A model generated the notes under the pieces. It searched no databases. It was not told where the DNA came from and saw only the letters and a program-made list of their open reading frames with translations. DNA of 56,100 bases, from the IMG/VR virus record IMGVR_UViG_3300032397_000015, positions 1 to 56,100 of that record; one strand, 5' to 3'. Positions 18,510-27,659 of the stretch are shown one piece after another. How positions within the stretch are numbered: the first letter of the stretch is position 1; each line of letters starts with the position of its first letter. A program made the translations under genes and the position numbers. Source of the stretch: a virus. Lineage: Duplodnaviria; Caudoviricetes.

Positions 18510-18804
18510 TGCTGTCTCCCTTGTCGAGTTTCGGTTTCTTGATCCAGTAGTGAACCACAAGAAAGACTTCTTCGGTCGTTGTGACGGTCGCATCTTCACC
18601 GTTGCCGTCGCGGACCGTAGTCTTGCGCGTGTACTCACGGATCTGCTCAATGTAGATACCCTGGGAGGCGTCGTTGGCATTGGTGCGCAGCAGCGCGTAC
18701 TTGCCCATGTCGTCGTCGTCGAACATGTTGTAACGCCCGACGATGAACTCGCCGAGGTTCTTACCGCCTGTGGCGACCTTGACGTCACTGACCTTGGCAG
18801 CCAT
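18454..18804 (-). CDS. Hypothetical protein
   Basis: 116 aa; coupled to the portal stop. Confidence 0.7.
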   Translation of the reverse strand: MAAKVSDVKVATGGKNLGEFIVGRYNMFDDDDMGKYALLRTNANDASQGIYIEQIREYTRKTTVRDGNGEDATVTTTEEVFLVVHYWIKKPKLDKGDSNADVKEARRDWAKERSVG

Positions 18805-21755
18805 TAGACAGCTCCTCCGCCGCGGCGAGGCGGCGCCATCTGGGGCGCGGGCTTGTTGCGATCTTCAGCCTGCCCCGCGGTTTCGCCAGTCTGCATCTGA
18901 GCCAGTAGTTGCTCGACCAGGCGAGCCATGTTGGGCATCTTCTGGCGAAGGTCATTCAGGACACCCTCGCGCTGGTCGGGTGGCAATTGGGCGATGCGGT
19001 TGGCCCAATTCTTAGCCACCTTGGACGCATCCATCTGCACGACCTGGCCGCCGGCCGAGGTGCCCGTCTCGCCCTCCACGTTGGCCGGCAGCTGCGCCGC
19101 GCCCTGGAGGGCGGCTTGCTGTCCCATCTGCTGATCAGCGGCCTGCTGGTCAGCGGAGGGTGCGTCCTGCGCCATCTGGGGCTGACCCTCCTGCGGCTGC
19201 GCCTGCGGCTGCTGGTCGCCCTGCTGCATCTGGCCCTGGCCCTGCTCGCCTTGGCCAGGCTGACCGCCCGACTGGCCACCGGACGCTTCGTTCATGGCCT
19301 CCTGGGCACGGGCCTGGTACTTGGCCTGGACGATAGACGCCTCGCCCTGCGCCTCGCTCTGGGCCTTCATGGTGACGGCCTGGATGCGGTTACGCTGGTC
19401 GGCTTCCTTTTCGATCATCTTGAGCTCGTCGTCGTAATCGAACCCAAGCTCGGTGAGCATCGTGTGGTCGGAGATCTTGTTGGCAGCATTGAGCTGGATG
19501 ACGATCTGCTTGCGCTGGATATCGTCCGCCATCTTGAACTCGGTGAAGCCGATTTCGATGTCGGGTAGACCCAGGTACAGCCGGATGCGATTCTTCGCCC
19601 AGTTGACGAAACGGAGCAGGAGGCGGCGGTGCATGAGGAAGTGGTTCTCCAGGGTCCGCAGGGAGACCGAGGAGCCGGACCAGGATAGGCCGCCGAACAC
19701 GAACTCCAGCGGCACGCCCATGCCGCCGGTGATCTCCTTGTTCGTGACCTCGATCTCCGGGCCGAGCAGCAAGGCGCGGCCATCGCCGCCCAGGCGCTCG
19801 AAGCCGAGTGGCACGGCCACGACCGAGATGTAGTTCGGGTCGGTGCGCCACTTCCGGATTTCGTTCTGGACGGTGCCTTGCCAGCTCGACAGGTTGACGT
19901 GCTGATAGGGGTCCTGTTGCGCGTTGGCCTGCGGAAAGATGAACTCGAGCGGCATGATCCGCTGGAGCGCAATCGCCTCCTGAGCACGACGCAGGACGTA
20001 CAGATAAAACATGCGGCCCATCGAGTGGATGATGAGCGGCTTGCCCCAGCCCATGTCCGCCTCGGCCAGGGTCGGGCGCTTGAAGTGAAAGAGGTTTTGG
20101 TCGGAGAGGGCGATGTCACGCTTCTGCTTGAGCGCCTGGAGAAAGATCTCCGGAATGTCGACCAGGATGGCCCGCTCGCCGCCCTGGATGGCCTTCTGGA
20201 TCTTGTTAGGAATCTTGTAGCGATACTTCGACCGACCGGTGATCGGGTTGTAGTGGATGTCGATGTTCTTCGGATCCCAGCGAACGAAGTTGATGCCGGA
20301 CCGATCTCTCAGCGGCTTATCAACGATCTTGGCGACGCAGCTGATGCCGCAGTCCTGGCACTTGATGTTGAAGCCGAAGTTCTGGAACTTGTACTCGACC
20401 GCGGGATCTGACAGGCGGTGCAGAGACTTGCATCCAGTGCACTGCAACCAGCGCACGAACGGCAGGTTGATCGAGATGAAGGCGTTGCCGTAGCAATTCC
20501 CGGTCAGGACGCCGTTGTCGATAGTGAAGGTGTGGGTCTCCATCTCGACGCAGCAGAACACCTCGTCGACGAGTCCGGTCTCCCTAACGTCCTTGATGTG
20601 GACATATGAGCCATACCTGGTCGGCTTATAGTTCTCTTCGAAATTGGACCGATGACGGGATAGTAGAAAGTCCTGCGGAAGCAGGTACTGCTTGAACAGC
20701 GAAAGGAAGTGCATCGCCCCTTCGTATTCGTAGACCTTCTCGCCGTACTTGAAAGACGTCGATCTCTCGTATCCGCGAACCTGGCCGGCGATCATGCCAA
20801 TGCGTGGCAACTGATCGGCCACAGCGTCCAGGGTGGCCTTGGCCTTCTGGGTTAGTACCGCACAGCCGTTGACATCAACGGATCCGTCGGCGGCCAGGAA
20901 CCCGCACAGGAATCCGTACCAATAGCTGGCTGAGTTGGCGTTTGGAGGGAGCTCTTTGTAAGCAATCGGCAGCCCGTGAACCATGACGGTGCCGTCGGCA
21001 ACCTTGATAGCCGGCGACCCATGGCCCTCGAAATACTTGAGCATCTCGAGGTCTTTTTCGCCGTAGAAGTACGCCTTCGCCTGCTTGCCATCGTTATAGA
21101 GGCAGCCGTCGCCAAACACGAAACCGTGACGGACGCCTTCGTAGAAGTCTGCGTTCTGCTCGGGACGTGGTGCGACATTGCGCAGGATTCGCTTACCGGA
21201 AAGCTCCGTCGTCGGAACCCTCACTGTCTTGCCGTTGGAGTTGGTCACCACCCATTGATGCTCAGGGGTCGCCAGGACAGTCCGCCCGTCGTTAAACTCA
21301 ACCTCCAAAAGCTTTTGCCTGCCGAATGATTTGAACTCGGCGGGGCGATAGGTGCCGCCATCCGACAGGACATCCACCGTCTGGCCGGCCAGCTCTCGGA
21401 GCTTGAAAACCCCGTTCCTGGTAGTCACCTTGGTGTCGCCGTGGAAGCAGAAGAAATCGAGGCCGATTTCGATCAGGAAGGGCTTGAGGTTGAGGGTGTC
21501 CTCCATCAACTCCTTCCACCCGTCGCGGACGTGCTTCTCCTCGGCGTTGTAGACAAAGTCGGTGACCGGGTACTCGGCCATCTTCGTGACGACCGACCCG
21601 ATCATCGGGTCCTTGTAGAAGAAGTAGGCGCACCACCGGAACAGTTCCTTGACTGTCGGCGGCATGTAGGTCTGCGCAATGTCGAAGAACGGGGACGGGT
21701 ATACCGTTCCCCGCCTCCGATCTGCACCGCCCTGACCTAGCGAGATATCGGACAT
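18804..21755 (-). CDS. Portal protein interrupted by an intein; Gln-rich C-terminus
   Basis: Spliced junction GLDFF|CYGNAF matches the portal D..YGNAF motif; also RWDPKNI, WGKPLI, ITGGMGVP and LLRFVNWAKNRI. Confidence 0.85.
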   Translation of the reverse strand: MSDISLGQGGADRRRGTVYPSPFFDIAQTYMPPTVKELFRWCAYFFYKDPMIGSVVTKMAEYPVTDFVYNAEEKHVRDGWKELMEDTLNLKPFLIEIGLDFFCFHGDTKVTTRNGVFKLRELAGQTVDVLSDGGTYRPAEFKSFGRQKLLEVEFNDGRTVLATPEHQWVVTNSNGKTVRVPTTELSGKRILRNVAPRPEQNADFYEGVRHGFVFGDGCLYNDGKQAKAYFYGEKDLEMLKYFEGHGSPAIKVADGTVMVHGLPIAYKELPPNANSASYWYGFLCGFLAADGSVDVNGCAVLTQKAKATLDAVADQLPRIGMIAGQVRGYERSTSFKYGEKVYEYEGAMHFLSLFKQYLLPQDFLLSRHRSNFEENYKPTRYGSYVHIKDVRETGLVDEVFCCVEMETHTFTIDNGVLTGNCYGNAFISINLPFVRWLQCTGCKSLHRLSDPAVEYKFQNFGFNIKCQDCGISCVAKIVDKPLRDRSGINFVRWDPKNIDIHYNPITGRSKYRYKIPNKIQKAIQGGERAILVDIPEIFLQALKQKRDIALSDQNLFHFKRPTLAEADMGWGKPLIIHSMGRMFYLYVLRRAQEAIALQRIMPLEFIFPQANAQQDPYQHVNLSSWQGTVQNEIRKWRTDPNYISVVAVPLGFERLGGDGRALLLGPEIEVTNKEITGGMGVPLEFVFGGLSWSGSSVSLRTLENHFLMHRRLLLRFVNWAKNRIRLYLGLPDIEIGFTEFKMADDIQRKQIVIQLNAANKISDHTMLTELGFDYDDELKMIEKEADQRNRIQAVTMKAQSEAQGEASIVQAKYQARAQEAMNEASGGQSGGQPGQGEQGQGQMQQGDQQPQAQPQEGQPQMAQDAPSADQQAADQQMGQQAALQGAAQLPANVEGETGTSAGGQVVQMDASKVAKNWANRIAQLPPDQREGVLNDLRQKMPNMARLVEQLLAQMQTGETAGQAEDRNKPAPQMAPPRRGGGAV
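20496..21449 (-). mobile_element. Intein (318 aa) with LAGLIDADG/DOD homing endonuclease in portal
   Basis: Begins CFHGDTKV, block B ATPEHQW, endonuclease motifs HGFVFGDG and GFLAADGSV, ends HTFTIDNGVLTGN followed by Cys+1. Confidence 0.92.
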
Positions 21756-21762
21756 CAGTTAC

Positions 21763-23067
21763 TCAGATGATCCCTTGGCCGCCGGTGACAATGCCATGTC
21801 CTGTGACGACGCGCCCGCCAACGATGGCCACAGCGCCAGCATTGATCAACTTCTGTTTCTCATCCCCCGATAAAGACTTCCATCCGCCATCCCGGAACTT
21901 GCCCCAAGATCCCTTGAGCGTGACATCGCCGGCATCTCCGCCCTTGGCGTTGAGACCGCCCTCCGCCTCGTCTACAACGTCGCCCTCCGCCTTCGTTGGC
22001 TTTTCCTTCGGGGCAGGGGACTCGGCAGCTGGCGCCTCGGCGGGCTTTGCCGCCCTGGCCGCATCCGCTTCCGCCTTGACCGCATCCGCCTTCGGGGCCG
22101 CGGTGTCAACCTTCGGAGCCTTGGGCGGCTTGGGCGCGACGGCTTTGGGTGGTGTAGCCGGCTTGGGCTTAGGAGACAGCGCCGCAATGGCGGCATCGTT
22201 CTTGGCCGTCTGGCTCGCGTGGAAGGCGGCTTGGTGGCCGGGGTCAGGCTTGAAAGCCTTTAGCCTCGCGGCCTCAGCCTGCAGCTTGGATAGCTGGGCG
22301 GGGGCGTCGGCCTGAGCCTTCATGTTCTTGGCGAGCTGAGATCCTCGGAACGCCTCCCCTACCGACCCCTTCGTAGGTTTGAGGCCCTTCAGGCGGTTCG
22401 CCTCAGCCTCCAGGGCGGTCTCCTCAATTGCCTTGAGCTTCTCCCCGCCCTTCGCGACCCGCGCGGCGGCGGCGGTCTCTCGTGCTGTCGCCTTTGCGAT
22501 CGCGGCGGCCTCGGCGGACCCAAGCCGGATGGCTCTGGCGCCACTAAGCCCGGCCTTGATTTCACCACTCAGCAATTCGCCAACGCCGGGGAGGGTGATC
22601 GCCTTCTTCTCCATTGCGGCCTGGCGAGACAGGTCAAAGCCAACCTTCTGGATCTCGTTCTTTAGCCAGGGGTGAAGGCTGGGGTCGATCGAATCAGAGA
22701 TATGATCGTAGGCCGCCTGCATGTCGCCGAGGATGGCCGCGCCTGCGACCTTGTCGAAGATCTGGGCGTACTGCTTGCCGCTGAGCTCGCACTGCTCATT
22801 GAGCTGGCTCATGTAGGCGGCTGCACGCTTCTGCATCCCGCAGTTCATGCCTGACTCGCCTGCCGACTTGAGAATTCCAATGTCCCGATCTAGGCGGGAT
22901 GCGATCTTCTCGAAGGTGGCGCCCTCTAGAAGATTCTGCATAGCCGTCTTCATAATCGACTGCGAGGCGATCGGTCGACGGGCCTCGGCCTGCTCATTGG
23001 CGACCTTCTGGAAGAAGTCCGCGTCGTCGTGCTGGATGAGATAGGCGAAGTGCTTGTTCATGGTCAT
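21763..23067 (-). CDS. Hypothetical Ala/Lys/Pro-rich protein with many KxA motifs (probable internal head protein)
   Basis: QKVA, MKTA, EKIA, LKSA, QKRA, DKVA and EKKA occur in the N-terminal half. Start at the ATGA overlap, 23067. Confidence 0.7.
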   Translation of the reverse strand: MTMNKHFAYLIQHDDADFFQKVANEQAEARRPIASQSIMKTAMQNLLEGATFEKIASRLDRDIGILKSAGESGMNCGMQKRAAAYMSQLNEQCELSGKQYAQIFDKVAGAAILGDMQAAYDHISDSIDPSLHPWLKNEIQKVGFDLSRQAAMEKKAITLPGVGELLSGEIKAGLSGARAIRLGSAEAAAIAKATARETAAAARVAKGGEKLKAIEETALEAEANRLKGLKPTKGSVGEAFRGSQLAKNMKAQADAPAQLSKLQAEAARLKAFKPDPGHQAAFHASQTAKNDAAIAALSPKPKPATPPKAVAPKPPKAPKVDTAAPKADAVKAEADAARAAKPAEAPAAESPAPKEKPTKAEGDVVDEAEGGLNAKGGDAGDVTLKGSWGKFRDGGWKSLSGDEKQKLINAGAVAIVGGRVVTGHGIVTGGQGII

Positions 23068-23252
23068 TCTCCGTCGACCCACTTGGGGCCTCTGCCGCGA
23101 CCCCTAGCAGGGTCAAACCCCGAGGATTCTACCTCAGATACTTCCTTCTCAATCGCATTGCGAACCCGATCTATGACTTCCTGTCGAAACTCGGAGATCA
23201 GGTCTGCCACCTGCCTGGCCGCGTCGACGCGTTCCTGTTCCGGGTCTGTCAT
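23064..23252 (-). CDS. Small hypothetical protein
   Basis: MTDPEQERVDAARQ..., 62 aa, overlapping its neighbours at both ends. Confidence 0.65.
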   Translation of the reverse strand: MTDPEQERVDAARQVADLISEFRQEVIDRVRNAIEKEVSEVESSGFDPARGRGRGPKWVDGE

Positions 23253-24265
23253 GGCGTCACCGGCGGTGATGTCCCCGCAGATTGGGAGCCTCCTGGAACC
23301 TTCTCGCGAATTGCCTCGCGTTCCAAGAGGTAGCGCTTCACAACTGCCAGCTTGACCAGATGGACGTCCAACGGGTTGGATTCGTCCCATTCCACCTCGG
23401 ATGGGTCAACGTCCTTGACCTTCTCCCACGCCTGCTCAACCTCTGACTTGAAGCCGCCGAGCCAAACCTTTCGATCGATAACGGCCTGCGCTCCCGCGAA
23501 CCATTCATCGGGGGCGTAGACGAACCCGTTCTCCTCGAGGACCGCGGCGATGTACGCCTTGACCTCCCAGGAGAACTCCTCGTCCTCTCTGATGGTTCGC
23601 AAGATCTGCACGCCGAAAGCGGCCTGCATGGGAGTGACCGGCTGGAAGGCGCCGAAAATCGGGATGATGTCGTTCCAGGCCAGCGCCGAATTCTCGAAGG
23701 TGTCCCAGTCCAGCCAGGTAGCATCGGTGACGGCCGTCAGTCGCAGGGCCATGATCTTGTTGCGAGCGACCTCGCCCACGGGACCGAAGTCGCGGCGCAG
23801 GGCCCACCATAGAGTCTCGGGCTCCCACTCCACCCAGTCCTCGCGGTAGCGCATGCAGAGAACGTCGTAGATCTGCTGCGGGTGGGCCCGCTTGTCCATG
23901 AACAGTTTGCCATGGGTCAGACGGGAGGGAAGCGGCGGTTCGGCCGGAGTCTCGGCGGTGGCCGCGGGCTCCTGGTCGGTGCGCTCGAACCCACCCACGT
24001 CAACGCCCGCCGCCGACTGCTCCAGGGCGTCCTGGTCAGAGGAGTCGGCCTCTTCATCCGAAATAGACCCCTGGTCGGGCGCTGGAGCCTGCGGGGCAGT
24101 CGCCTGCCCCTCCAGCGCCTTGAGTGAAGACGGAGAGACGGACTGGACGCCCAGGATAGCGGCGGTGTCGGGCTCAAGATCGGCCGCGCGCTTAACAAGC
24201 GGCCCATCCTGCAGCATTGCTGCGAAGAAGCCCGCCTCCGCCTTATTCGGCGAGTGGCGGCTCAT
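23249..24265 (-). CDS. Hypothetical protein
   Basis: 338 aa in operon; acidic low-complexity N-terminus after LVKRAA. Confidence 0.75.
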   Translation of the reverse strand: MSRHSPNKAEAGFFAAMLQDGPLVKRAADLEPDTAAILGVQSVSPSSLKALEGQATAPQAPAPDQGSISDEEADSSDQDALEQSAAGVDVGGFERTDQEPAATAETPAEPPLPSRLTHGKLFMDKRAHPQQIYDVLCMRYREDWVEWEPETLWWALRRDFGPVGEVARNKIMALRLTAVTDATWLDWDTFENSALAWNDIIPIFGAFQPVTPMQAAFGVQILRTIREDEEFSWEVKAYIAAVLEENGFVYAPDEWFAGAQAVIDRKVWLGGFKSEVEQAWEKVKDVDPSEVEWDESNPLDVHLVKLAVVKRYLLEREAIREKVPGGSQSAGTSPPVTP

Positions 24266-24268
24266 GGG

Positions 24269-25411
24269 TCATGCCTCGCCTGAGGCGATCTGCTTGATGA
24301 CCTGCTTCTCGGGATCTGGGAGGGAGTCGTAGATCTCCGTTGGGTTCTTCTTGAACTGGTCACAGAACGCCTGCCCGAAGTAGCCGACCAGCTTGCCTGA
24401 GTCGCATACCTTCTTCAGGTCAGCGCCGGTGATGGTGTCCCCGTCGACCTCGTCCGACCAGTCCTCGGCGATCTTGCCCATCGTGCTGGAGTACGGATCC
24501 GAGAGACCCTTATCGTAGTAACGCGTCAGCCCCGTGGCCTGATCGAACACCTGCAGCGCCTCAGCCATGTCGGCCGGCGTGGTCTCGCCCAGCGAGGCCG
24601 CCAGCTTGTTCAGCACGTCGCGAGCGGAGGCGTTGCGCGGCAGCAGTGACTTGCGCTGCTCCAGGTGAGCGCCAACGTGCTGGTTCCAGGAGGTAGACGC
24701 CCACTTCGCAATGCCGTCGTGACGAGACACGTCGACATCCAGCTCCTCGGCGCGATTGCGCACCGACAGCGCGAAGCGATGGCGGTACTCGGGCTGCAGA
24801 TCCATCGCGTACTTGTCGAAGTACGCTGCGGCCGTCTTGACGTGGCCCGCGTCGGGCATCGCGTACTTGCGAATGACCGAGCCGTCGCCGGTCTTGATGA
24901 CCAGGGCGAAGTGTTCGTTGGGCATTTCGATCATCGCGTTGACGCTGCCGACGTCGGCGGTCTTCTCGATGAGCTCGCGCTGGGCCAGCTTGCGCAACAT
25001 CCAACCCTTCTCAGATCCTTCGACGAACGTGTTGGTGGAAACTTCGTCGTCGACGCGTGAGGCGTAGGCGTCAACCTGGCGCGAGCTTGGTACCCCGTAG
25101 GCATCGCACGCCGACTTGATGAACTTGGCGGCGACGAAGCGGGCGGGGAACGCCAGCTTCTCGCAAGCCTGACCGAAGTACTGCGCGGACAGCCAGGCGT
25201 TGCCCGGATCGTTCACGGGGAACTTGCGCAGCACGTGGGCGCGCTTGGTCAGGAGGATGAGCCCGAACTCGGAGTCGGGTAGGCTGGAGTGCTGCTCTGG
25301 CGTGAGCATCGACACCCTGACGTCCCGCATCTCAGCGGGCATGGCGATCTTCGACATGTGCTCATGGGCAGTGTCGTCGTAGAAGTCAAGCACTGAGCTG
25401 GCGGTGGACAT
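24269..25411 (-). CDS. Hypothetical protein with two tandem DUF6582-like repeats and KxA motifs
   Basis: LPDSEFGL...RKFPVNDPGNAWLSAQYF and MPNEHFAL...RKYAMPDAGHVKTAAAYF. Confidence 0.7.
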   Translation of the reverse strand: MSTASSVLDFYDDTAHEHMSKIAMPAEMRDVRVSMLTPEQHSSLPDSEFGLILLTKRAHVLRKFPVNDPGNAWLSAQYFGQACEKLAFPARFVAAKFIKSACDAYGVPSSRQVDAYASRVDDEVSTNTFVEGSEKGWMLRKLAQRELIEKTADVGSVNAMIEMPNEHFALVIKTGDGSVIRKYAMPDAGHVKTAAAYFDKYAMDLQPEYRHRFALSVRNRAEELDVDVSRHDGIAKWASTSWNQHVGAHLEQRKSLLPRNASARDVLNKLAASLGETTPADMAEALQVFDQATGLTRYYDKGLSDPYSSTMGKIAEDWSDEVDGDTITGADLKKVCDSGKLVGYFGQAFCDQFKKNPTEIYDSLPDPEKQVIKQIASGEA

Positions 25412-25435
25412 AGGTGGGGACTCGCTCCTAAGCGA

Positions 25436-25465
25436 AAGGTATCACGCCTGTTTCAGGGGGGTCAA
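25436..25465 (-). promoter_or_regulatory. sigma70-like promoter TTGACC-N18-TACCTT with extended -10 TG
   Basis: Read on the minus strand about 25 nt upstream of the 25411 start. Confidence 0.55.
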
Positions 25466-25489
25466 CGAAGCGACCACTCACCAATCCCA

Positions 25490-25505
25490 GGCATAAGAGC
25501 TTTGA
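25490..25505 (+). promoter_or_regulatory. Conserved GGCATAAG-N4-TTGA motif
   Basis: GGCATAAGAGCTTTGA upstream of the single plus-strand gene at 25555. Confidence 0.75.
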
Positions 25506-25554
25506 AAGGAAAGCATACCGTTTTCCTGTGCGCGCGCAAAAAGGGAGAATCGAC

Positions 25555-25854
25555 ATGTCCACCGAGATCAAGGATACCGAGAAGAAGTCCGCGAAGGCCG
25601 AGAAGCGTGAGGCGGGGATGCTTCGCCGCGGGTACGAGTGGCTGGGCGACCAGGCCAACGAGCACCGCGGCATCGCCACCGGCGCTGCCGTCGTGGGCGG
25701 CATCGCGGCGGAGAAGTTCGTGGTGACGCCGGGCATCAAGAAGCTCGTGAGCCTCGTCGCCAAGAAGAAGGCGACCGATGCCACCGGGCAGGCGGCGAAG
25801 AACGCGATCGGCGGGGGCCTCTCCTCCCTCGGCCGCGGTCTCAAGCTGCGCTAG
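25555..25854 (+). CDS. Small basic hypothetical protein
   Basis: MSTEIKDTEKK..., 99 aa, AAGGGAG RBS, with its own promoter motif and terminator. Confidence 0.8.
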   Translation: MSTEIKDTEKKSAKAEKREAGMLRRGYEWLGDQANEHRGIATGAAVVGGIAAEKFVVTPGIKKLVSLVAKKKATDATGQAAKNAIGGGLSSLGRGLKLR

Positions 25855-25872
25855 GCCAGGCAGCGGCCTGGC

Positions 25873-25905
25873 GCCGGAGGGGGTTACTCCCCTCCGGCTG
25901 TTTTT
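25873..25905 (+). terminator. Intrinsic terminator
   Basis: GCCGGAGGGGG-TTAC-TCCCCTCCGGC stem-loop followed by TGTTTTT, between convergent genes. Confidence 0.85.
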
Positions 25906-25910
25906 AGCTA

Positions 25911-26213
25911 TCAGACCAGCGTCGAGAAATCGGCGGTGATTAGAGCCGGCACGGTGATCTCCTTGCGGAGGTTGATGATCGGTATCTCGAGTAGGACGAC
26001 GGCGCCCTGGATCAGCTGAATCGAAAATGCGCCGTCATCATCGGTGAGCGCTTCGATGACCGTGGACGCAATCCCTGCGCCGCCTGCCAGCTGTCCGCCC
26101 TGGTCGCCCTGGGTTGACCTGATCGTCGCAGATATCGGAAGCCCTGCCGCAACAGCAGATCCGTCCAGCATGCAGATGGTCCCGGTGATCGAACAGACAG
26201 CAGGAGCTGGCAT
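25911..26213 (-). CDS. Small beta-sandwich protein (carboxypeptidase-regulatory/prealbumin-like)
   Basis: CSITGTI...TDDDGAFSIQL; similar to the C-terminal half of 27023-27640. Confidence 0.6.
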   Translation of the reverse strand: MPAPAVCSITGTICMLDGSAVAAGLPISATIRSTQGDQGGQLAGGAGIASTVIEALTDDDGAFSIQLIQGAVVLLEIPIINLRKEITVPALITADFSTLV

Positions 26214-26518
26214 CAGTTGTCTTCCTTCTTCTTGCGAGAGTCTTCCATTAGCCGCTCAGCCAACCGGAAGGCGAGATGACAGTAGAGCCCCACGACCAGG
26301 GAAAGCGAGCTCGAGACGATCAGGATGACCTCCTCGGGGACCGTCCCAGTGATCTGCCAGACCCCGGTCGCGCAGATCCAGATCAGCAGAATAATGCAGG
26401 CGCAGATGCCCAGGCTGATCGGATTGCTCCGCTTGACCCACGACCGATAGAACCTGAGTAGGATAGGTATCCATGTCAGGATTCCCAATCCCGCTACCAC
26501 CAGATACGCCGACAGCAT
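26213..26518 (-). CDS. Small membrane protein (about 3 TM)
   Basis: Three hydrophobic segments and a charged C-terminus. Confidence 0.7.
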   Translation of the reverse strand: MLSAYLVVAGLGILTWIPILLRFYRSWVKRSNPISLGICACIILLIWICATGVWQITGTVPEEVILIVSSSLSLVVGLYCHLAFRLAERLMEDSRKKKEDN

Positions 26519-26524
26519 TCGCCC

Positions 26525-26788
26525 CTACTTCGCAGCCCGTGTCTTGGTCGGCGGGTACCAGGAGATCCGCTTCTCGCGGTTCGTCTTGGCAGCCTCCATC
26601 GGGATAACGCCGAAGCGCATGCTGTGCGTCCGCTCTGCTACCCGGCCAATCTCTGGCAACGCCTTCGAGGCAACGTCTTCGGTCTCCTGGGTGCGTCTCC
26701 TGCCACGCCTGGAGGCCATGACCAGCCCGACTACCATGGCGGCCATGAAGACGGACCAGACGACGAACGAGAAGGTGCTGGCGTCCAT
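26525..26788 (-). CDS. Small single-TM protein
   Basis: N-terminal hydrophobic helix followed by RRGRRR; GGAG RBS. Confidence 0.65.
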   Translation of the reverse strand: MDASTFSFVVWSVFMAAMVVGLVMASRRGRRRTQETEDVASKALPEIGRVAERTHSMRFGVIPMEAAKTNREKRISWYPPTKTRAAK

Positions 26789-26790
26789 GA

Positions 26791-27003
26791 CTACTCCCTG
26801 TCGGAAATGACCGGATGAGGACCGGTGCCCCGGCTGTCTCGGTACTCAATAGCCTTGGCGATGATGGTCATGGCCTGCATCAGCGAGGCCAGGAGCTCGC
26901 TCTGCCGGTCCAGGCGGCGCTCCAGGCGGAGCATGAACCACATGGCCACGAACACGGGAAACCCGAATTCGCGCAGCAGCCCTGTGATCTGGTTAAACGC
27001 CAC
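26791..27003 (-). CDS. YvrJ-like small membrane protein
   Basis: LLREFGFPVFVAMWFMLRLERRLD resembles the YvrJ family motif GFPxxVxxYLLxRxE. Confidence 0.65.
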   Translation of the reverse strand: MAFNQITGLLREFGFPVFVAMWFMLRLERRLDRQSELLASLMQAMTIIAKAIEYRDSRGTGPHPVISDRE

Positions 27004-27022
27004 GTAGCCAGGCTATCACGAC

Positions 27023-27640
27023 CTAGAGGTCCGTGAACAACACTGAGCTCTGGTTAGGAATCGTGACCTTGCGGTCGTATCCCACTGTGTCGATCTCTAG
27101 ACGGAAGATCCCACCGCGAACCAACGGCAGGTCAAAGTCGCCGGTCACGTTCGTGTAGGCGCGGGACACCCGCCCGGACTCCACGGCCCGGCCCGACCCG
27201 CCGTTGTAGACCGGCATCAGGGTGGCCTCGACCAGGACGTTGGGGATGGGCTCGCCCTGCGCCGATACAACGGTTCCCTGTACCGAGCAAAGCGTCATCT
27301 CGCCGGCTGCGGCCATCGGTCCAAAGACCAGGTCGCGATACTCCAACCGCGGCGTGGCGACGTTGGTCAGCTTGGCCACGTAGTCCTTCGACTGCGCGAG
27401 CAGGTCGAAGGACTGGTCGAAGTCGAAGTGGTAGCGCCCCGGCAGGTTGACCGAGTCCGTCTGCGTCATCGCGTTCTCGACGATGGTCGTCTGCCAGATG
27501 CCATCCGACACCTGAAACCACTTCCCGTCGGACAGGCGCTTGATGGCCGCCGTCGGCGACTGGCTGATGACGCCCGCCCCAGACGCGATGATGTCAAGGC
27601 TGAGGCGAGCGACGGAAGCAAGGGGGTAGCGGCTAATCAC
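27023..27640 (-). CDS. Hypothetical virion protein with C-terminal prealbumin-like domain
   Basis: 205 aa; GTVVSAQGEPIPNV...TNVTGDFDL. Confidence 0.7.
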   Translation of the reverse strand: MISRYPLASVARLSLDIIASGAGVISQSPTAAIKRLSDGKWFQVSDGIWQTTIVENAMTQTDSVNLPGRYHFDFDQSFDLLAQSKDYVAKLTNVATPRLEYRDLVFGPMAAAGEMTLCSVQGTVVSAQGEPIPNVLVEATLMPVYNGGSGRAVESGRVSRAYTNVTGDFDLPLVRGGIFRLEIDTVGYDRKVTIPNQSSVLFTDL

Positions 27641-27659
27641 TGGTTGGCTCCTGCGTGAA

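Noticed and set aside
17673-18788. ORF-track N-terminal extensions of 17208-17891 and 18027-18788
   Set aside because: The extensions overlap other genes; internal ATGs at 17672 and 18509 have RBSs and give sensible membrane or signal N-termini.
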